From Strigamia acuminata (taxonomy: Eukaryota): a stretch of 64,000 nt of DNA. Each line of letters starts with the position of its first letter. Positions within the stretch are counted from its first letter, which is position 1. Both the position numbers and the translations under genes were made by a program. This document shows positions 11,501 through 22,288 of the stretch, piece after piece. The notes under the pieces are model-generated. The model did no database searches. It worked only from the letters and a program-made list of their open reading frames with translations, and was not told where the DNA came from. The DNA lies in NCBI GenBank assembly GCA_949358305.1, contig OX442314.1, positions 7,192,001 to 7,256,000 on the forward strand, in the 5' to 3' direction.

Positions 11501-14500
11501 TCGGCAGTTCGGACTAGCGACAGGCTGTACAAAGTCAACTGCCGGGTCGAGGTTAATTCTGTAAACACAGCTGCATTAACTGCGCAACAGGATACAGCTG
11601 CTGTCCTCGATTTAATCAAATCATCCGTGAAGGATGAAAAATTTGTACAACCGCTACTAACCATTTTAGATTTTAAGTCAGCTTTACTAAAAAGTTTCTG
11701 TAAGCCGGATATGGGAAAATCCGCATCTAATTTGAGTACGCAAGTAAGCGAGCCAACCAAAGCGAATGCGCCTGCGGCGATTAATTTACAGAAAACAGTG
11801 AATGAGGTTCAGACACCTCCTGCTATTGTTCCCGAAGCTAATGCGACTGCGAAAGTTAACAAAAGCGGGGATACTGGGATCAAAATGAGAAAGAAAGAAA
11901 TATCCCAGAGTATGGACACGTGGCATTCCAGAATGGGCCACCATAATGCTAAAGGCATTATTAAATTAACCGAATCCGAGGACGTTTTTGGGATCAATTT
12001 GTCTAACAAAGAATTATCCACTTGTGACGCATGTGCCCGTGCTAAGAGCACTAGGGCGAGTTTTCCCCCGATAATTACCATTTCCACTAAGGGAGTATTA
12101 GATTTAGTGCACATGGATGTTTGGGGGGCATCACAAGCTACTTCCTTGGGTGGGGCTAATTTTTACTTTATATTGGTTGATGATTATTCACGTTATATGT
12201 GGATCATAACGATGAAGACCAAAGGGGAAGTTTTGGGCCATTTTAAACGTTGGTTGACGGAAGTCGAAAGAACGACATCACGGAAAGTGAAATGCATTAA
12301 AACTGATAATGGAGGAGAATTTATTTCGCGGAATTGGGATGATTATGCATCCAAAATTGGTTTGAAATGTATTCGTACGAATACATATAGCCCGGAAATG
12401 AATTCTGTTGCAGAACGTGCAAACCGTACCATTGTCGGTGGCGTCAGAGCTTTAATGTTGGAAAATGATTTCCCCTATCCCCTTTGGGCTGAATTAGCGA
12501 CGACCATAGTTTACTTAAAGAACCGATTCCCCCATGAAGGGCTTGGAGGAAAAGTGCCCTATACCGTGTTTTTCGGCAAGAAATTGTCTTTGCGACACAT
12601 CAGGTGTATTGGGTCGAAGACATTTGTACATATCCCGTCCCAGGTCAGAAAGGGCAAACTGGAAGGAAGGGCTTGGGCGGGAGCACTCATTGGATACGCA
12701 ATATCAACTAGGGGCTACAGGGTTTGGGATCCTGTACGGAATCAAGTTTTTGCGTCCAAACATGTCCGAATTTTCGAAGACTCATATTGGTATGAGATTG
12801 GCAAACGGCTACAACAGCCCATCAAGCAACCGCAGGGTGGCCAATTCAAACATTTTGGGGATTCTTCCTCGGACACCGAGGGAGATGATGATGATTCCGT
12901 TGCCCCTATCCCTGAAATTGTTGAGGAAGTGCAAGAGGCACTACCACCTCCTATTCCGCCCCCTGTTGAACCCCCGGTTCCGAAGGAGAAGCCTCCTTTA
13001 CCCACAACCCCAAAGCCTGTTTTCAGACCTGAATTGAGGCCGCTTGTAAAACAAGCGATACAACAGCCTGCGATAGAAACTGTTGAAGGTGACTTGGTTG
13101 GGGATGCTGGTGCTGGGGATAATCCAGTTGAAGAAATTGGTGGGGCGAAGGGGGATAACGGCGATGGCGAGAATTACTTCAATGTTTATCCTGACGACGA
13201 TGAGGAGGTTGATCTTCCTCCTACGATACAAGCTCGTCGTGGTTCGGGCAAAAAGGGAAAGAAGGTCAAAGATCCTTTGTCGCTGCCGCTGGATATGACT
13301 AAGTGGAGACGGGTCCAGTCTGTCCGGAAAGCCGGGGCAACGGCTGGGAAAATTGATGTGGTTTATTTCTCGCCCAATGAAGACAAACTTAGAAGTCGGA
13401 CTGACGTTGCGCGATGGTGCGACGCAGAGGGTTACCACTACGACCCAGATCTTTTTGACTTCAAAACCTTAGAGGGTGAAGAACCCGAACTCCCTTTTGC
13501 CGGTTTCTGTGCCGTAGAGCCTGATACCTACGAGGAGGCAATGAGGCACACCAACAAACGGGACTGGGAAAAGGCGATGAAAGAAGAGACAGATATCTTC
13601 GACGATCGAACTGTCTATAAAGAAATTGATAAGCCCGAAGGAGAGTTGCTTTTGGGATCAAAATGGATTTATAAAATGAAAAGGGACCAGTCGGGTGCAG
13701 TCGCGCGCTACCGGGCTCGCTTGGTAGCACAAGGCTTCAAGCAGAGGCCGGGCATTGACTTTACGGAGGTATTTTCCCCCGTAGTCAATTTCGTCCTCGT
13801 TATAGTGTTTTTCTGTACCTTGGTGATACTGAAAGGTTGGAGAGATGTCCACCTTGACATCAAGGCCGCGTACTTGTACGGGGACCTTGATAAGGTCCAA
13901 TTCATGGAGATTCCCAAGGGCTACAGAACAGCCGAAAACCAACATAAGTGTTGGATGCTGTTGAAGTCATTATATGGACTACATCAGAGTGGACGGATGT
14001 GGTACCAAGCCCTCCACGACCGTCTACTCCAACTGGGATTTGTGCCCTTGTTGGGTCTTAACTGTGTTTATGCGTTAGACAACGACGCAATTCTTATCTT
14101 TTACGTGGACGACATAGTTCTCTTCTCCAAGGATGACTACGTCGAGGAATGCGTTGTTCGATGGATTAGGGAATCCTTTGACACGGTTGATTTGGGTCCC
14201 GTGACCCTCTTGTTAGGCATAGCCTTTGATAGGTCTGGGGGCCAAATTAGGATCCATCAAAGGGCATACATAGAAAAACTTTGTAAGTTGTATGGGGTCG
14301 ACTCATGCCTTCGGATTAGAGTACCTGGGACGCCAGGAACGATTATTCAGGGCGTGACGGAAAAGGAGCGGGTTGATTCCACTTTCCCCTATCGCAACTT
14401 AGTGGGAAGTCTCTTGTTCTTGGCGAGCAGGACAAGGCCAGACATCCTGTTCTCGGTCATTGTCCTCTCACAATACAATGAGAAACATTCGACGCGTCAC

Positions 14501-15552
14501 ATTAGTATGTTATTGCAAATTTTGCGATATCTGGCAAATACGTCGGATTATATGATTAATCTTTCCAATTGCCGAAATGATAATCTAACTGTGTATACCG
14601 ACGCGTCGTTTGCCCTCGATGCAGACAAAAGGAGAAGCTTCGGGGGTCACATAGTCTATTTGGGTGGCGTTCCGATCATGTGGAACTGCCATAAGCAGTC
14701 AATGACTGCGTTATCGATCATGGAGAGTGAATTTCTGGCCGTGGTCGATGGCGTAAAGGAGATTATATGGCTAGAGAGGCTTTACGATGCCGACATCATG
14801 TTCAGCATCAATCGGAACACCCCATGCGTGTACGCGGACAGTATGCCCGCGATACAATACGCCAAAAACCGAATAGAGAATAGGGCGAATAAACATATCG
14901 ACGTAAAGCTTCATTTCCTCAGGGACTGGTTTGAGCGCGGAACGTTTGCTATTAAGCATATTCCAGGGGCCCTGAATGTCGCCGATGTGATGACCAAATG
15001 GTTACCCAAGCCCAGACTTAACACCTTGTGTGAGCATTTATTTGTAAGGCGCAAATAACCAAACAAAGGGGGATATATTGAGTTGTGGTGGAAATATTGT
15101 GTGTTTGGTTGTTTGTCGCCATATTGTATAGTTTGTGAATATTTACATTACACACTTTCCGGATATGTGTAATGAATGTGCTGCTATTTAATGTCTCGAT
15201 GTCGCGTTCAATCGATCTCGATTTTTATTAATGCTGGTTCTGTACCGCGGTTGAACGTTTCCATTTAGCAGCATGCGCTGATAACATCGTCTGCTCAAAA
15301 GAGCGAGTCCTGTATTGTTATTATTGCTTAGTTATCGATTATGAATGTCATTGCTTTTATTTTATAATGTAAAGGACAAATCATTGAAATCCAACAATGA
15401 TTTATCCTATTTTTCCGAGTGCAGTTGTTAGCCTCGAAGCGTGTACACTTTTATGTGATATTAAACATGGCGCACGCATGTCGGTGTCGCGCACCTGTTT
15501 AGACACTCGTCAACTCCTTTCTAACCGATGTTTTGGCCAGGAAATCGCTTTA
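8533..15552 (+). mobile_element. Full-length Ty1/Copia LTR retrotransposon 1 (MBD-encoding), 7020 bp
   Basis: 477-bp LTRs at 8533-9009 and 15076-15552, identical by eye. TSD ACGTG at 8528-8532 and 15553-15557. tRNA-iMet PBS TGGTAGCAGAG at 9012; PPT AAAGGGGGA before the 3' LTR. Confidence 0.97.
10211..15058 (+). CDS. Copia gag-pol polyprotein 1 (gag, CCHC, protease, integrase, MBD, RT, RNase H)
   Basis: CFTCGGSGHFAREC knuckle; WYVDTGAT protease; WHSRMGH...CDAC, HMDVWG, TDNGGEF and AERANRT integrase; YVDD RT; YTDASF and NVADVMTK RNase H. Copia INT-RT order. ATG at 10211. Confidence 0.97.
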   Translation: MASKHDDYKDIKKLDGTNYATWSVQVQLLLKYNGVWGHVSGSEPPLAATATAKEKREFNAREDKAMSTICMSCAEPQQVIAVACPTAAKVWEALKDAYQPTTRARRARLRREFLNMKLRDNEEMLVFTGRVDRKIVELKDVKIEVTDEFQAFQYLDLLPPQYEAVKQTAYHWSDTEFTAKNVKERLLGEYNRLYEQTNEFGVPPVLADNTTAFYTKGKWKPRGKTPNSPGTSRGTCFTCGGSGHFARECPSPPKQQGTFPASAGSPAQLNRGGTRGKGRGRGGPQRANLTQLDPYTDEPYTLYSAVSEEKPTVPLSLVSHGNYDSQWYVDTGATDHFSFNRNWFSNFKPLSNFSVLQGEGKSKIEGVGNIVLTSLYGQRTRKITLTNVFFAPNFRKNLISLGRTDEAGLCTIVKDGKMSIFKDKIEEPLISAVRTSDRLYKVNCRVEVNSVNTAALTAQQDTAAVLDLIKSSVKDEKFVQPLLTILDFKSALLKSFCKPDMGKSASNLSTQVSEPTKANAPAAINLQKTVNEVQTPPAIVPEANATAKVNKSGDTGIKMRKKEISQSMDTWHSRMGHHNAKGIIKLTESEDVFGINLSNKELSTCDACARAKSTRASFPPIITISTKGVLDLVHMDVWGASQATSLGGANFYFILVDDYSRYMWIITMKTKGEVLGHFKRWLTEVERTTSRKVKCIKTDNGGEFISRNWDDYASKIGLKCIRTNTYSPEMNSVAERANRTIVGGVRALMLENDFPYPLWAELATTIVYLKNRFPHEGLGGKVPYTVFFGKKLSLRHIRCIGSKTFVHIPSQVRKGKLEGRAWAGALIGYAISTRGYRVWDPVRNQVFASKHVRIFEDSYWYEIGKRLQQPIKQPQGGQFKHFGDSSSDTEGDDDDSVAPIPEIVEEVQEALPPPIPPPVEPPVPKEKPPLPTTPKPVFRPELRPLVKQAIQQPAIETVEGDLVGDAGAGDNPVEEIGGAKGDNGDGENYFNVYPDDDEEVDLPPTIQARRGSGKKGKKVKDPLSLPLDMTKWRRVQSVRKAGATAGKIDVVYFSPNEDKLRSRTDVARWCDAEGYHYDPDLFDFKTLEGEEPELPFAGFCAVEPDTYEEAMRHTNKRDWEKAMKEETDIFDDRTVYKEIDKPEGELLLGSKWIYKMKRDQSGAVARYRARLVAQGFKQRPGIDFTEVFSPVVNFVLVIVFFCTLVILKGWRDVHLDIKAAYLYGDLDKVQFMEIPKGYRTAENQHKCWMLLKSLYGLHQSGRMWYQALHDRLLQLGFVPLLGLNCVYALDNDAILIFYVDDIVLFSKDDYVEECVVRWIRESFDTVDLGPVTLLLGIAFDRSGGQIRIHQRAYIEKLCKLYGVDSCLRIRVPGTPGTIIQGVTEKERVDSTFPYRNLVGSLLFLASRTRPDILFSVIVLSQYNEKHSTRHISMLLQILRYLANTSDYMINLSNCRNDNLTVYTDASFALDADKRRSFGGHIVYLGGVPIMWNCHKQSMTALSIMESEFLAVVDGVKEIIWLERLYDADIMFSINRNTPCVYADSMPAIQYAKNRIENRANKHIDVKLHFLRDWFERGTFAIKHIPGALNVADVMTKWLPKPRLNTLCEHLFVRRK

Positions 15553-15579
15553 ACGTGGTCTCGCACCCGACTCTCTCAG

Positions 15580-18500
15580 TTATCCCGTTACGGCCCTTGG
15601 CCGTAACGGGCCGTTACGGGATCGTGACGGGACCGTCGGCGGCCCGTTAACGGCCCGAACGACTCCATGCGGGCCGTTGACGGGCCGTTAACGGGCCGTT
15701 ACGGCGTAAATCGAAAAAATCAACAACCGACAACACGTACGTGAAAACGCGTACAACATTCATAGACATTAATCTCGAATCCTGTTTTTGGTTTTACGCC
15801 GTTAACGGGCCGTTAACGGCCCGCACAGGCCGTGACGGGATCGTGACGGGACCGTCGGCGGCCCGTTAACGGCCCGCACGGGCCGTGACGGGATCGTGAC
15901 GGGACCGTTGGCGGCCCGTTAACGGCCCGCACGCGCCGTGACGGGACCGTGACGGGACCGTTGGCGGCCCGTTAACGGCCCGTACGACTCCATGCGGGCC
16001 GTTGACGGGCCGTTAACGGGCCGTTAACGGGCCGTTAACGGCGTAAATCGAAAAAATCAACAACCGACAACACGTACGTGAAAACGCGTACAACATTCAT
16101 AGACATTAATCTCGAATCCTGTTTTTGGTTTTACGCCGTTAACGGCCCGTTAACGGCCCGCGTGAGGTCGTACGGGCCGTCGGCGAGCCGAAGTCCGGGA
16201 ACGAAGGCCGTGACGGGATCGTGACGGGACTGTCGGCGGCCCGTTAACGGCCCGCACGGGCCGTGACGGGATCGTGACGGGACCGTCACGATCCCGTTAA
16301 CGGCCCGTACGACTCCATGCGGGCCGTTGACGGGCCGTTGACGGGCCGTTGACGGGCCGTTAACGGGCCGTTACGGCGTAAATCGAAAAAATCAACAACC
16401 GACAACACGTACGTGAAAACGCGTACAACATTCATAGACATTAATCTCGAATCCTGTTTTTGGTTTTACGCCGTTAACGGGCCGTTAACGGGCCGTTAAC
16501 GGCCCGTTAACGGCCCGTTAACGGCCCGCGTGAGGTCGTACGGGCCGTCGGCGAGCCGAAGTCCGGGAACGAAGGCCGTGACGGGATCGTGACGGGACTG
16601 TCGGCGGCCCGTTAACGGCCCGCACGGGCCGTGACGGGATCGTGACGGGACCGTCACGATCCCGTTAACGGCCCGTACGACTCCATGCGGGCCGTTGACG
16701 GGCCGTTGACGGGCCGTTAACGGGCCGTTAACGGGCCGTTAACGGGCCGTTACGGCGTAAATCAAAAAAATCAACAACCGACAACACGTACGTGAAAACG
16801 CGTACAACATTCATAGACATTAATCTCGAATCCTGTTTTTGGTTTTACGCCGTTAACGGGCCGTTAACGGCCCGTTAACGGCCCGCACAGGCCGTGACGG
16901 GATCGTGACGGGACCGTCGGCGGCCCGTTAACGGCCCGCACGGGCCGTGACGGGATCGTGACGAGACCGTCGGCGGCCCGTTAACGGCCCGCACGGGCCG
17001 TGACGGGATCGTGACGGGACCGTCACGATCCCGTTAACGGCCCGTACGACTCCATGCGGGCCGTTGACGGGCCGTTGACGGGCCGTTGACGGGCCGTTAA
17101 CGGGCCGTTACGGCGTAAATCGAAAAAATCAACAACCGACAACACGTACGTGAAAACGCGTACAACATTCATAGACATTAATCTCGAATCCTGTTTTTGG
17201 TTTTACGCCGTTAACGGGCCGTTAACGGCCCGTTAACGGCCCGCACAGGCCGTGACGGGATCGTGACGGGACCGTCGGCGGCCCGTTAACGGCCCGCACG
17301 GGCCGTGACGGGATCGTGACGAGACCGTCGGCGGCCCGTTAACGGCCCGCACGGGCCGTGACGGGATCGTGACGGGACCGTCACGATCCCGTTAACGGCC
17401 CGTACGACTCCATGCGGGCCGTTGACGGGCCGTTGACGGGCCGTTGACGGGCCGTTAACGGGCCGTTACGGCGTAAATCGAAAAAATCAACAACCGACAA
17501 CACGTACGTGAAAACGCGTACAACATTCATAGACATTAATCTCGAATCCTGTTTTTGGTTTTACGCCGTTAACGGGCCGTTAACGGGCCGTTAACGGCCC
17601 GTTAACGGCCCGTTAACGGCCCGCGTGAGGTCGTACGGGCCGTCGGCGAGCCGAAGTCCGGGAACGAAGGCCGTGACGGGATCGTGACGGGACTGTCGGC
17701 GGCCCGTTAACGGCCCGCACGGGCCGTGACGGGATCGTGACGGGACCGTCACGATCCCGTTAACGGCCCGTACGACTCCATGCGGGCCGTTGACGGGCCG
17801 TTGACGGGCCGTTAACGGGCCGTTAACGGGCCGTTAACGGGCCGTTAACGGGCCGTTACGGCGTAAATCAAAAAAATCAACAACCGACAACACGTACGTG
17901 AAAACGCGTACAACATTCATAGACATTAATCTCGAATCCTGTTTTTGGTTTTACGCCGTTAACGGGCCGTTAACGGCCCGTTAACGGCCCGCACAGGCCG
18001 TGACGGGATCGTGACGGGACCGTCGGCGGCCCGTTAACGGCCCGCACGGGCCGTGACGGGATCGTGACGAGACCGTCGGCGGCCCGTTAACGGCCCGCAC
18101 GGGCCGTGACGGGATCGTGACGGGACCGTCACGATCCCGTTAACGGCCCGTACGACTCCATGCGGGCCGTTGACGGGCCGTTGACGGGCCGTTGACGGGC
18201 CGTTAACGGGCCGTTACGGCGTAAATCGAAAAAATCAACAACCGACAACACGTACGTGAAAACGCGTACAACATTCATAGACATTAATCTCGAATCCTGT
18301 TTTTGGTTTTACGCCGTTAACGGGCCGTTAACGGCCCGTTAACGGCCCGTTAACGGCCCGTTAACGGCCCGCACAGGCCGTGACGGGATCGTGACGGGAC
18401 CGTCGGCGGCCCGTTAACGGCCCGCACGGGCCGTGACGGGATCGTGACGGGACCGTTGGCGGCCCGTTAACGGCCCGCACGGGCCGTGACGGGATCGTGA

Positions 18501-19120
18501 CGGGACCGTCGGCGGCCCGTTAACGGCCCGCACGGGCCGTGACGGGATCGTGACGGGACCGTCGGCGGCCCGTTAACGGCCCGCACGGGCCGTGACGGGA
18601 TCGTGACGGGACCGTCGGCGGCCCGTTAACGGCTTGTACGGGCCGTTACGGGATCGTGACGGGACCGTGACGGGACCGTCGGCGGCCCGTTAACGGCCCG
18701 TACGATTCCATGCGGGCCGTTGACGGGATCGTGACGGGACCGTCGGCAGCCCGTTAACGGCCCGCACGGGCCGTGACGGGATCGTGACGGGACCGTCGGC
18801 GGCCCGTTAACGGCCCGCACGAGCCGTGACGGGATCGTGACGGGACCGTTGGCGGCCCGTTAACGGCCCGCACGGGCCGTGACGGGATCGTGACGGGACC
18901 GTCGGCGGCCCGTTAACGGCTTGTACGGGCCGTTACGGGATCGTGACGGGACCGTCGGCGGCCCGTTAACGGCCCGCACGGGCCGTTAACGGGGTCGTTA
19001 CGGGACCGTCGGCGGCCCGTGCGGCGGCCTCGCCAACCTCGTGCGGCCCGTTAACGGCCCGTACGGGCCGTTACGGGGCCGTTGCGGGATCGTCGGCGGC
19101 CCGTTAACGGCCCGCACGGG
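15580..19120. repeat. Palindromic higher-order array: GGGCCGTTAACGGCCC / GTGACGGGATC modules with eight copies of a 100-bp AT-richer core
   Basis: Core CGGCGTAAA...TTTACGCCG starts at 15702, 16039, 16374, 16753, 17111, 17469, 17859 and 18217. It is flanked by variable numbers of 11-bp repeats in opposing orientation. Confidence 0.95.
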
Positions 19121-19633
19121 ACAACGGGCGCCAACGAGCGCCGGTAGTCCCGGTAATTTGTTTCAAAATAAATATTTGTCACCGTCTCCCCTCCCTCCTC
19201 CTCCTCCCCCTCCTCTCCCTCTCGAGGCCAGACACGGCCGCTCCAAAATACGAACCACGACGATGCCTCCGTACCGATAGACCGAGTGGGTCGCGCGACA
19301 GACAATGCGCGCAAACTACCGTCGGCGCACGGTGTGCACGGCGCAACACCACGGAAGTAACTACCGGTGCGCCCCTCGTGCGTGCGAGGCAACCCCGAGC
19401 TCGCTTAAAGAAGCCACGCAACAACGACCGAGTTCGTTTATCTATTTATTTATTTTTTATTCGTCTAGCATTTTAAACGAATCGATGAAAACAAATGAAA
19501 ACAAACAAACAAATTAATAAACAAATCGAATACATAAAAAAATAAAATAAAATAAAATAAAATAAAATAAAATAAAGATGAAATGAAATGAAATAAAATG
19601 AAATATTGGCCGTTTCGATCCTCGATGTCGCCT

Positions 19634-20473
19634 TTATCTGCCTATCCATCTATTCTGAAATGAGAGAAGAAAAGATGAGTATTCGAAGAGGCGCTTAGTG
19701 GAGAATTCGCTCACTGTCCCGTTTCTTCGACTCGCGGGTAACCGCCGGTGCGTCGGAGGAGCCACCAGTGTTGGGTGGCGGCTAAAAAAAAAAAAAAAAA
19801 AAAAAAAACGAATGTTTGTCGAAATACGGGGAAAAAAAGGTGCGTACATGCACGGTGAACGTTTTCCACCGACTGACTCACTCACCATGCGCATCAGCAT
19901 TCTAACTATAGCGCGGTGCGCGTCCAACGCCAAACGCGAGAACACGGGGCCTCCAGCCGGGAGCAACTCGACTCCATCGGCGACGTCTCGGTCGTCGCTC
20001 TCTTCCTCCTCTTCCTCTTCATCTTCTTCTTCTTCCTCTTCTTCTCCTTCTCCTCCCTCTCCTCCTTCTTCGCCCTCTCCCTCCTCCGCCACTGTCTTTG
20101 CCGGAGCCTCCAGCCCGCCCGACAAGGGAGCGGCGGACGACGTAGATGGGACGGCGTCGCTCGACGACGAGGCGACGACGCGCGCTGGCGACGATTCTCC
20201 GTCTTGACGCGGCTGGAAAATGGAGGGGGAATAGGCGAATGAATAGACGAATGAACGACGACAATCTTGACGGGATACCTTTTTGGTTGGCGCCGGATCG
20301 CCCGCTTCCCCGGGACGCTTTACCGTTCGCTGCGTCTCCGGCGACTGTGGCTGCGTCGGCGTCTCCGACGTCCCCGGTGACGGTGGTTGCGACGGTAGCT
20401 GCGACTGCGGCGGCTGCAGCTGCGTCAGCGCCTCGTTCTCGCTCCCACTCTCGCTCTCGTTTTCGATCGGCAT
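19634..20473 (-). CDS. Uncharacterised acidic, Pro/Ser-rich protein (probably spliced)
   Basis: 279-aa ORF with poly-Glu and internal T-rich intron-like segments. No recognisable domain. Confidence 0.4.
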   Translation of the reverse strand: MPIENESESGSENEALTQLQPPQSQLPSQPPSPGTSETPTQPQSPETQRTVKRPGEAGDPAPTKKVSRQDCRRSFVYSFAYSPSIFQPRQDGESSPARVVASSSSDAVPSTSSAAPLSGGLEAPAKTVAEEGEGEEGGEGGEGEEEEEEEDEEEEEEESDDRDVADGVELLPAGGPVFSRLALDAHRAIVRMLMRMVSESVGGKRSPCMYAPFFPRISTNIRFFFFFFFFSRHPTLVAPPTHRRLPASRRNGTVSEFSTKRLFEYSSFLLSFQNRWIGR

Positions 20474-21279
20474 CTGTAGAGAAGGAATAAATTAAATTAA
20501 ATTGAATTAAATCGAAGCGCGAGCGCGGTAAAACCGAAAGAAGAAGGGGTGGAGGTGAGGAAAAGAGACCGAAGGACGAGCGAGAGGGGGGCGCTATAGT
20601 TTCACCGCACGACTCGTTGCACTATACGAATTGCCCCGAAACAAACGCCTATTTATTTCTTTATTTTTTTTTATTTATTCATTCATTCGTTAATCTCGTC
20701 CACTCGTTAAGTTTTATCAAATTCGTTAAACTCGTTCGTCCATTCGTCAAATTGGTCGTTTCGTCTAGCGACGAGAACAACGGCGACGCTAACGTTTACG
20801 CGAGTAACTCGGTGAGTTCGTGCATTCTGCGCACGCAAAACGCGAACGCGGCCAATTGACAAAATAACATTTTACAAGTAATGGTTTAATAATTTACCTC
20901 CGTGTGCGAAGCGCGTGTCGCGTCCATTGTGTCTGTCTGTCTGATTTTGGCGAATGAACCGACGCGACGCCCGGTGATAACAATGGCGATAATGACACGC
21001 GACGTAGCATACTTCTAGCTAAACAACAATAATAATAATAATTCATTAAAAAAATAAAATGAAATAGAATAATTAAATAAACAAACAAAATAATAAATAG
21101 ATAAATAAATAAATAAATAAATAAATAAGTCGAAAATAAATAAACTAGCGGCGGGACGGGCCGAGGTCAGAGATTTTGCTCCGTTCTCACGTCTGTCTAT
21201 TCCGGGTAGAGGGAGGGAGCGAACGGGCGCGCGCCGGACATCGCTCGGAATTAAAAAACGGGTAACGGGGGAAGACAGA

Positions 21280-22233
21280 CAGTCGAAATTTGATTCCCCG
21301 GTCGTGGAATCGACTCCGCGACCCGTGCTTTAACGGTTAATTGGATTATCTTCGTCGTGACTTATCGGGATAAAAATTTTATAGAAAATCGGCCGTATCG
21401 TATTTTATTTTCATCTTCCGAGGGTCTCGCGTCGTCGTTGTGGACGGGAGTCTTCCCGAACACGTTCGACGGGCTTCGCGAATGCTTTCAGATCGGACGC
21501 GGAACTCGGGCCCGCCGCTCGGTCGAGCGGCGCCAGTACCCGCCGAGCGGCGCGGTATCCGATCAAATAACTCCCTTGCTTCGTCACGGTCTCGGACTGG
21601 CCTTCGGGCCGGTCAAAATAACAAATAAATGAATAAATCGAAAATAGAACGCCCCCGTCCCGGCGAGACTAGGGGCGGGTGGCGTCGTTGAGCGGCGGCA
21701 GCGGCGGCGGTAGCCCCGACGACTCGCCCCGAAAATAAGCTCCCGCACCAGCATTCCTTCGTCCGTCTAAACCTCGCAGCGCGTGCGGTCGCGTGCATTC
21801 TACTCGTGTCCGGTGTGGCGATCGGTACAGAGTAAAAAAAAGATCACCCGAAAAAGAAAGACGATTAAAGTTTTAATTCTCCGGTCGTGGAACCGACTTT
21901 GCGGTTCGTGCTTTAACCGTTAATTAGGTTATCTTCGTCGCAACTCGTCGTAATAAAAATTTCACAGAAAATCAGCCGTTTCGTATTTTATTTTCATCTT
22001 CCGGGGGTCTCGCGCCGTCGTTGTGGACGGGAGTCTTCCCGAACACGTTCGATGGGTTTTGCCGACACTTTCAGATCGAATGCGGAACTCGGGCCCGTCG
22101 CTCGGTCGAGCGGCGCCAGTACCCGCCGAGCGGCACGGTATCCGATACCCGTCTTTTTTAAACCTCCCTTGCTTCGTCGGTCTCAGACTGGCCTTCGGGT
22201 CGGTCAAAATAAATAAATAAATAAATAAATGAA

Positions 22234-22288
<55 letters not shown>

